From contig JAHQWL010000085.1 of assembly GCA_029856155.1 (NCBI GenBank), forward strand, positions 29,846 through 93,845: a stretch of DNA of 64,000 nucleotides. The letters are read 5' to 3'. The notes beneath the pieces are model-generated. The model was not told the DNA's origin. It searched no databases and saw only the letters and a program-made list of their open reading frames with translations. The translations under genes were made by a program, and so were the position numbers. Numbering within the stretch: position 1 is the first letter of the stretch; each line of letters starts with the position of its first letter. This DNA is from Promethearchaeia archaeon. GTDB lineage: Archaea > Asgardarchaeota > Lokiarchaeia > Sigyniarchaeales > SOKP01. Shown here piece by piece: positions 57,913 to 64,000 of this stretch.

Positions 57913-59061
57913 TTGAGAGAATGGTCTGCAATAGTTTTAGCGGGAGGTAAAGGTAAACGATTAATGCCTTTGACATCATTAATTCCAAAACCGCTTGTAA
58001 AAGTTACAAATGTTCCTATGGTTGATTATTCGATTGCCCATTTAGTATACGCAAATATCAAGCACATTATACTAGCATTAGCTTACAAGGGAAAGGAAAT
58101 GAAAGATTATCTCAAACAAACTTGGACTCCAGACAGATTAGGTGATGTAGAATTAGAATATGAGATTCAAGAGAGTAAGGGTACTGCAGACGCGTATAGG
58201 CTTTTAGCTGATCGAATCGATTCTAAAGAAATAGTCGTATCAATGGCAGACATCGTAACCAATCTCCCGATGAAGAGATTCATGGATTTCCATTCTGATA
58301 AAGGAGGGCTAGCAACAATTTCAATGAAAACTGTTGAAAGTCATATTTCTCAATATGGTGTTGTATTGTTAGATAAAAATCGAAAAATATATCTTTTCTT
58401 AGAAAAACCAGCGCCCATGGAATTGTATTTAAGTAGTATAGCTCAACGAGAAGATCTCTTTTTACATACAAACATAATTAATACCGGTATTTATTGCTTT
58501 AGTAAAGAAATTGACAGTATTCTTCATGAAACAGGACTATTGGATTTTGGAAGCGACGTTTTTCCGTATCTTCTTGAAAATACATATGATCTATTCGGAT
58601 TTGTTGAAAATTATTATTGGATGGATGCAGGAAATTCGACTACTTATTTATGGACAAATTGGGATCTACTACGTAAATATGCATGGCCTATTTTACCTAA
58701 TGGTGTTGATTATGATGGAATTTATGTAATGGGAATTATAAACTCAGGACAAAATATTATAATTGAAAAACCCGCTTGTTTCGGAGAATTTGTCCAGTTG
58801 GCGAACCGAGTAAAAATTAAAGAATTAACGTCAATAGGACATAATGTAACCATAGGAGAAGATTCGATAATTGAGAAAAGTGTCATCTGGGATGAAATTA
58901 AAATCGGGGCTGGTTGTATAATTAAAGAAAGTATTATTTGTAATAACTGTGAAATTGGAGATAATACTTTGTTGGAGAGAGCAATTATCGCACCTAATTG
59001 TAAAATTAGTAGTAATTCTCAAATCAGAGATAAAACTCTGAAGTTAGGACATGAAATGTAA
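57913..59061 (+). CDS. NDP-sugar pyrophosphorylase (mannose/glucose-1-phosphate nucleotidyltransferase) with left-handed beta-helix
   Basis: LAGGKGKRLMPLT..PKPL, KGTADA, FLEKP, INTGIY, YWMDAG; hexapeptide repeats. Confidence 0.93.
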   Translation: MREWSAIVLAGGKGKRLMPLTSLIPKPLVKVTNVPMVDYSIAHLVYANIKHIILALAYKGKEMKDYLKQTWTPDRLGDVELEYEIQESKGTADAYRLLADRIDSKEIVVSMADIVTNLPMKRFMDFHSDKGGLATISMKTVESHISQYGVVLLDKNRKIYLFLEKPAPMELYLSSIAQREDLFLHTNIINTGIYCFSKEIDSILHETGLLDFGSDVFPYLLENTYDLFGFVENYYWMDAGNSTTYLWTNWDLLRKYAWPILPNGVDYDGIYVMGIINSGQNIIIEKPACFGEFVQLANRVKIKELTSIGHNVTIGEDSIIEKSVIWDEIKIGAGCIIKESIICNNCEIGDNTLLERAIIAPNCKISSNSQIRDKTLKLGHEM

Positions 59062-59170
59062 ATAATACAATTTCTAAATCAATCTATTCGAAAAATAGTT
59101 CATAAGGGAAAATATTTAATAGTAAAAAATTAGGATATTCATATTTAGGATATCAATAAGATAGATTATT

Positions 59171-59472
59171 ATAAGTCCATATTGCATAATTTGTGGTAAT
59201 GAAGTAGAAGAATTATGGAGTGCCTGTTCAAACTTCTCGTTTTAAATTTCCTATTAACCTCCTTAAATTTTTATTCCGTTTATGGTCTTTTAATAACTTG
59301 TTATAAATGTGATTCCCCGTTTAATTGGGAAAATTGTGCTGGGTTTTGTACAATTAGAGAAAGAATGGAAAAAGATAATTTAAAAAATATATTTATTATT
59401 CTTGAAAGGTTTTCTTACAGATTAAAAGAAAAAAGAGATCAAAAAGTAAGTAAAATTAATCTTACTACATAA
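59171..59472 (+). pseudogene. Possible degraded zinc-ribbon protein gene
   Basis: 59171-59245 reads (I)SPYCIICGNEVEELWSACSN then stops; an overlapping frame carries CYKC...C...C. Confidence 0.3.
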
Positions 59473-59514
59473 AAGAATAAACATTCAAAAAAATTTACTA
59501 CCTATCAAATTGAT

Positions 59515-60759
59515 ATGAAATTACAGAAATATTCAATTGGTACAGGAGACCGATTTGGTTGTCAAGGAAAAGCTCTATTGAGAGCGATAATAAAAGCAGA
59601 ACAAAATGGTGTAGATCTAGCTATCGTTTGGAATAAATCACATAGGGAACATTTAATCACCAAAACAACACCTCTAGATGTTTTAAATGAAGCTCAAGAA
59701 GCTGTAAAGGAATTAAGATGGAAAGGTAAATACTATATTGATGCTGATCACATAGGATTTTCTAATGTAGATTTGTATATTGATTCATGTAATTTTTTCA
59801 CTCTCGATGTAGCAGACTTTATAGGAAAAAAGGCTTCTAGTGATGAAATTAACAATTTTATTGATAAATATAAAAAATACATTCGCAAAATATCAATTCC
59901 AAATATTAAAGAGTCATTGAATGTTAGCGAGAAGCAGCTATTTAGTATTGCTGAAGAATATCTCCTTGCAATAAAAGAAGCCGGTAAAATTTATCATAAG
60001 ATTGAGGAGGAAAAAGGGAAGAATAATTTTATAATTGAAATCTCCATGGACGAATCGAATAAACCTCAAACACTTGTAGAAGTATTTTTTATATTAGCGG
60101 CTATAGCCGATGAAAGAATCCCCATTCAGACTTTTGCACCTAGATTTTGTGGTAACTTCTATAAAGGAGTTGATTATCAGGGTAATATTCAGCAATTTTC
60201 GGAAGATTTTGAGAATTTACTAGAGATAATTCAATTTTCAATAAAAGAATTCTCTTTACCAGATAATTTAAAGTTAAGTATTCATTCTGGAAGTGATAAA
60301 TTCTCAATTTATGACGTGATTAATAAAGCTATTAAAAAATTTAACACAGGAGTTCATTTAAAGACATCTGGAACTACATGGTTAGAAGAAATAGTTTCTT
60401 TAGCCATGGTTGGAGGTGAGTGTCTTAATATCGCTAAAGAAATCTATAATAGAGCTTATAATCGGTTTGACGAGCTATCCTTTCCCTATAGAACTGTAAT
60501 AAATATCAAAAAAAAGAAATTACCTCATCCAAGTTTTGTTAATAATTGGACTGGTGAAGAGTTTGCCAAAGTTTTAAAACATGATGAAACTTGTAAAGCC
60601 TTTAATCCAAATTTTCGTCAATTTCTGCATATAGGATATAAAATTGCGGGGGAAATGGGATCTCGATATATAGAAGTTCTAAAAAAATATGAAAATATAA
60701 TAACTCCAAATATTATCCAAAACATTTATAATAGACATATAGCTCGGTTATTTCTATGA
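59515..60759 (+). CDS. uxaE: Tagaturonate/fructuronate epimerase
   Basis: GTGDRFG, DADH, EISMDE, APRF.G.FYKGVDY, KLSIHSGSDKFSIY, HLKTSGTTWLEE. Confidence 0.92.
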   Translation: MKLQKYSIGTGDRFGCQGKALLRAIIKAEQNGVDLAIVWNKSHREHLITKTTPLDVLNEAQEAVKELRWKGKYYIDADHIGFSNVDLYIDSCNFFTLDVADFIGKKASSDEINNFIDKYKKYIRKISIPNIKESLNVSEKQLFSIAEEYLLAIKEAGKIYHKIEEEKGKNNFIIEISMDESNKPQTLVEVFFILAAIADERIPIQTFAPRFCGNFYKGVDYQGNIQQFSEDFENLLEIIQFSIKEFSLPDNLKLSIHSGSDKFSIYDVINKAIKKFNTGVHLKTSGTTWLEEIVSLAMVGGECLNIAKEIYNRAYNRFDELSFPYRTVINIKKKKLPHPSFVNNWTGEEFAKVLKHDETCKAFNPNFRQFLHIGYKIAGEMGSRYIEVLKKYENIITPNIIQNIYNRHIARLFL

Positions 60760-60843
60760 AGTAATCAGTTTTAATACAAATTCAGTTTTAATTAATCTAT
60801 TAAAAAAACAAGTATTTTAAAAAAAAACTTAATTGATAAAGCC

Positions 60844-62590
60844 CACTCACTCGACAAAATCATTTAGGTGCCCTCTAATTGCCTTAAGTTATCTTCAAAC
60901 CATGCGATGTTTCCGGTGTTAACGTCCCTGATTCTCCACGTTCGCTTGATGGTTGCATATTGAGCATTAAATTCTCGTTTATTCGCTTCAATGAGGGGCG
61001 TTTCGCATGCTAATAACACGTCTGACACGCTTTCCTTGGAAAAGTCAACATCTAAGAGCTGCACGTGCAGTGCTCCATGATTTAAAAACGCTCTTGAAAC
61101 ATTATCCCGTCCTAATAAGGCCTTAAAATGGTGCTTGCTTCGTTGAAATAATTGCTCCATTGCGTTGTTCGTGAATTCCAATTCTTCCATGTCATAGGCA
61201 ACCAGTAATCCGTCTTGATAGGAATTGACCAATCGGATCCATTGCTGCCACGTTTCCTCGCAATTCATGGCGTAGGAAGCCTGTTTCCATTTGAATTTTA
61301 AAGGATCGTATTCCAATCCCCTCCGCTTCAATCGACTTTGAAGCTTGTATTTCCACTTGATCAATTCTCTTCGGATTTGGGGAGACTTCCTCTTTCTTTT
61401 AGACAATATGACGCGAACATGCTGAAATTCAGGAATTAAAGTCGCTATTTCTTCCGCTAATGAATGGTTAGATTCGAGACACGTCCGTAGAAATTCGAGA
61501 AGAGAATTTAACGTGTTAGCTGGTTTTATAGGCAAGGATAAGCCTTCGAAGCGTTCTAATTGAGTTAGCACGTGTTCTAAATTCTTGTAGGCTTCAAGTC
61601 CCGGAAACACGTTAAATCGATCACCTCTTGTGGCTGTTGCACACCGTAACTCTTCACTGATCGGCTCAAATAGCCAGTATAAGGGATTTGTCTCGGCTTG
61701 CGTTCTATTTTGGACAATGGAAAGTTTAGCTACGGCCTTTCGAAGCATTTTCTTCAAGAAAGAATCCTTCGCAGCAATCGGTTCTACCACGTGGTTTAAG
61801 AAGTGATATTGACAATAGGCGTGAGGAATGTCAGGATTAAAATGTTTAACGGCATTTACGATGTTTTTTTGCTTATCCGATATTACTGCGACGATAGGAA
61901 CCCCATAGAGGCTTTCAATTTCTTCAAAAAGCTTTTCTAACACGTTTGCTGAAGCGCTATCCAAGTTTTTAGCAAGAAGGACGTTCCCCGTGAGACGATC
62001 TGAAAACACCCAAAGTGAAGGTTCTTTCTTGACTGGTTGGGCTCCATCGAGCGAAAGCACGATCCTACCGTTCAAACTAATTTTTTCCAATACTTTCTCA
62101 TCCGTGTATTGCTTGCCGGCCATCTCAAAGAACTGACAAATGCTTGCTACCGTGCTTCTAGAAATCGAGACTTCCCAATCGTCCCACATCAGCCCTACTA
62201 TAGTCGAATAATTAAGATGATACTTGAAATGGTGTTGAATAATTTTAGCCCATACCTCTAACGAAAATCGCTTCCTAAGCATGGCAGAATGACAAGCTGC
62301 AGGAAAGGCTTCCTGCATCTCACATTCGGAGTTAGTACAGCTGTAATAATTCGTTACGACCCATAAACTACCTTTTAATGTTACGATTCTCCTTCCTCCG
62401 TTATTAAATTCATGTTTGAGCGGCGAAGAACACAAGGGACAAATAAATCCATCCTGAGATTCCCAATACGTGTAAATCGTGCTTTTTTGAATGTCGGAAG
62501 GTTTTGCTGGCATTAATAATAATAAGGATTTAACGAAGATAAATCTTTCTAGCGTGAAGACGCACCCACATTGATTTTGTCGGGTGAGTG
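60844..62590 (-). mobile_element. Insertion sequence with 19-bp terminal inverted repeats (possibly extending to 60818..62616)
   Basis: CACTCACTCGACAAAATCA (60844-60862) versus TGATTTTGTCGGGTGAGTG (62572-62590), 18/19 match; visibly higher GC than the flanks; no direct target duplication. Confidence 0.88.
60864..62513 (-). CDS. DDE transposase (Mutator/IS256-like CxxH type, N-terminal zinc finger)
   Basis: CPLC..CTNSEC, LSLDG, VISDKQ, CQYHFL, TNNAMEQLF. Confidence 0.9.
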   Translation of the reverse strand: MPAKPSDIQKSTIYTYWESQDGFICPLCSSPLKHEFNNGGRRIVTLKGSLWVVTNYYSCTNSECEMQEAFPAACHSAMLRKRFSLEVWAKIIQHHFKYHLNYSTIVGLMWDDWEVSISRSTVASICQFFEMAGKQYTDEKVLEKISLNGRIVLSLDGAQPVKKEPSLWVFSDRLTGNVLLAKNLDSASANVLEKLFEEIESLYGVPIVAVISDKQKNIVNAVKHFNPDIPHAYCQYHFLNHVVEPIAAKDSFLKKMLRKAVAKLSIVQNRTQAETNPLYWLFEPISEELRCATATRGDRFNVFPGLEAYKNLEHVLTQLERFEGLSLPIKPANTLNSLLEFLRTCLESNHSLAEEIATLIPEFQHVRVILSKRKRKSPQIRRELIKWKYKLQSRLKRRGLEYDPLKFKWKQASYAMNCEETWQQWIRLVNSYQDGLLVAYDMEELEFTNNAMEQLFQRSKHHFKALLGRDNVSRAFLNHGALHVQLLDVDFSKESVSDVLLACETPLIEANKREFNAQYATIKRTWRIRDVNTGNIAWFEDNLRQLEGT

Positions 62591-62594
62591 TAGA

Positions 62595-63370
62595 TCAACA
62601 ATTAAGTTTTTTTTTAGAATCCATTTCTAATTTTTTTTTCTTTCTCCTGACCATCTCAACAAAGCTTTCCACTCTTGTTAAAAGACCTGCTTCTCCACTA
62701 TGTTCATCCATTGTTATCTCAAGAAAAGGGAGCCCCACAACCATCATATCTCGCATAATTAATTCAGAAATGAGGCTATCTGGACCACAAGCAAAACTTA
62801 TAAGGAAAATAACTCCATCAATCTCGTCACGACCCTTAGTGAGAAAATATCTAATCGATTGCATGATTTCCTCTTCATGTCTCCAATAATTTCTAAGGCG
62901 TTTATTTATTATCACTGGTTCTTTAAATAATGATTCTGGTAAATTTTCGATGGTTAAAACTTCAACCCCTTGATCTTGTAGTTTTTTCTGGAAATCTAAA
63001 TTAATAAAGGTATCGAAAATATTATAGGCGTGCCCTAAGAGCAAAAACTTAATATCACCCTTGTGTTTTTTTTTAGGTAAGGTAAAAGGACGATTTCTTT
63101 CCACTAATCGTAATGCATGATTGACGGGAGCTCCATCTCGTAAAAATTTATGATATTCATCAAAATACTTTTGAGCCTCTCTATATGCATTTAAAGACTG
63201 ATTTTGAGTTCTCCCTAATTCATTTCCAAGCTCGATTGCGGAAGTGGCTATTGGAAATTCCTTTACATTCACTTCGAAATTTAATATTTTCGAAGAAAGT
63301 TAAGAATACACTCGAAGAAAGTCTTGAACGCCGGCCACGAATTGCCCATATTTGGAAAAGAAACTTTCAT
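62595..63370 (-). pseudogene. Acyl-CoA dehydratase activase-associated protein (DUF2229-like), broken by an internal deletion/frameshift
   Basis: N-terminal piece 63370..63281 (MKVSFPNMGNSWPAFKTFFE...stop) is out of frame with the C-terminal piece (LLGHAYN, SFACGPDSL, DEHSGEAGLLTRVESF). Confidence 0.6.
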
Positions 63371-63384
63371 AACAAAATAGCCTT

Positions 63385-64000
63385 TCAAAGCTTAAAAAGA
63401 GATCCGATACCAAAAAACGAATTTCTTGAAAAAAACTCGAGTCCATTCTTAACGGTGAATCCTACATCTAATTTCTTTGTTGGATTCAGCATTGTTAAAA
63501 CAATTGACATTGGTTTTTCAATACTAGACACGAAATATTCAAAATTGGATTTCGGCTTAAAATATATATTTTTTATTTCATCCGGGACCACATACTTGAC
63601 ATCTCTAAACAAAGGATTAGTTTTCTTGTTGCCAACCATTAAATCATGAAATGCTTCGATTCTTGTTCTAAGTCCTTCAAAACCAGAACTTCCATCAAGA
63701 CTAAAATGAATTTGGGGCATGTAAAACTTGTCCATGTTTTTCTCAGCTTCTAACATTCCCATGAGGGATATTTCAGGCATGCAAGTAAATGGGAATATAT
63801 GGACAAAACCATCAAAACCTTTTTCTTGAGACTCAAGATAACTTCCCATGTTCCATACTGCTTCTCCACCAATATCCATTGGAATATACTTTCTTGCACT
63901 ATGTTCAAGCCGTCTTCTTCGTTTGCTGGCGTTAAGTTTGTACATGACCCAATCAAAGACATCATACTGCTTGTGAACCTCGATACCCATGACGCCTAAT
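63385..64000 (-). CDS. 2-hydroxyacyl-CoA dehydratase/activase-associated protein, 3' part (runs off the window)
   Basis: IGGEA, DGFVHIFPFTCMPEI, EGLRTRIEAF. Confidence 0.8.
   Translation of the reverse strand, partial: LGVMGIEVHKQYDVFDWVMYKLNASKRRRRLEHSARKYIPMDIGGEAVWNMGSYLESQEKGFDGFVHIFPFTCMPEISLMGMLEAEKNMDKFYMPQIHFSLDGSSGFEGLRTRIEAFHDLMVGNKKTNPLFRDVKYVVPDEIKNIYFKPKSNFEYFVSSIEKPMSIVLTMLNPTKKLDVGFTVKNGLEFFSRNSFFGIGSLFKL

Noticed and set aside
63270-63322. Hairpin at the activase-gene break as a third BHB intron
   Set aside because: No 4-bp helix with two 3-nt bulges that I could find, and no excision restores a full-length protein.
1-64000. CRISPR arrays, tRNA and rRNA genes
   Set aside because: No regularly spaced repeats or GC-rich structured RNA segments were recognised by eye; tRNAscan-SE or Infernal would be decisive.

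Overview
AT-rich archaeal chromosomal window, most likely Lokiarchaeia (Asgard). This is inferred from Rab- and Arf-like small GTPases, a gelsolin-domain protein, a SNAP-like TPR protein, a vWA-RING protein, an IPGF C-terminal anchor and frequent TTG starts. It holds about 55 CDS, one DDE insertion sequence, and no tRNA, rRNA or CRISPR array that I could recognise. Main finding: the CO dehydrogenase/acetyl-CoA synthase alpha gene (cdhA, 48349..50760, minus strand) is interrupted inside its N-terminal Fe-S cysteine motif by two 31-32 nt hairpin insertions flanking a 20-nt micro-exon. Both fold as archaeal bulge-helix-bulge (BHB) motifs, and cutting them by the standard tRNA-splicing rule restores a 782-aa CdhA exactly. 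They are therefore candidate mRNA introns in a core metabolic gene. Second finding: an operon of a MarR regulator, a tiny Cys-Cys peptide, a SAM-methyltransferase::HgcA-like fusion and an HgcB-like ferredoxin, with a perfect 20-bp palindromic operator. Also noted: probable ATT/ATA/ATC start codons, an ICMT-family tandem array, a standalone copy of the gelsolin C-terminal domain, and an IS with nested inverted repeats.
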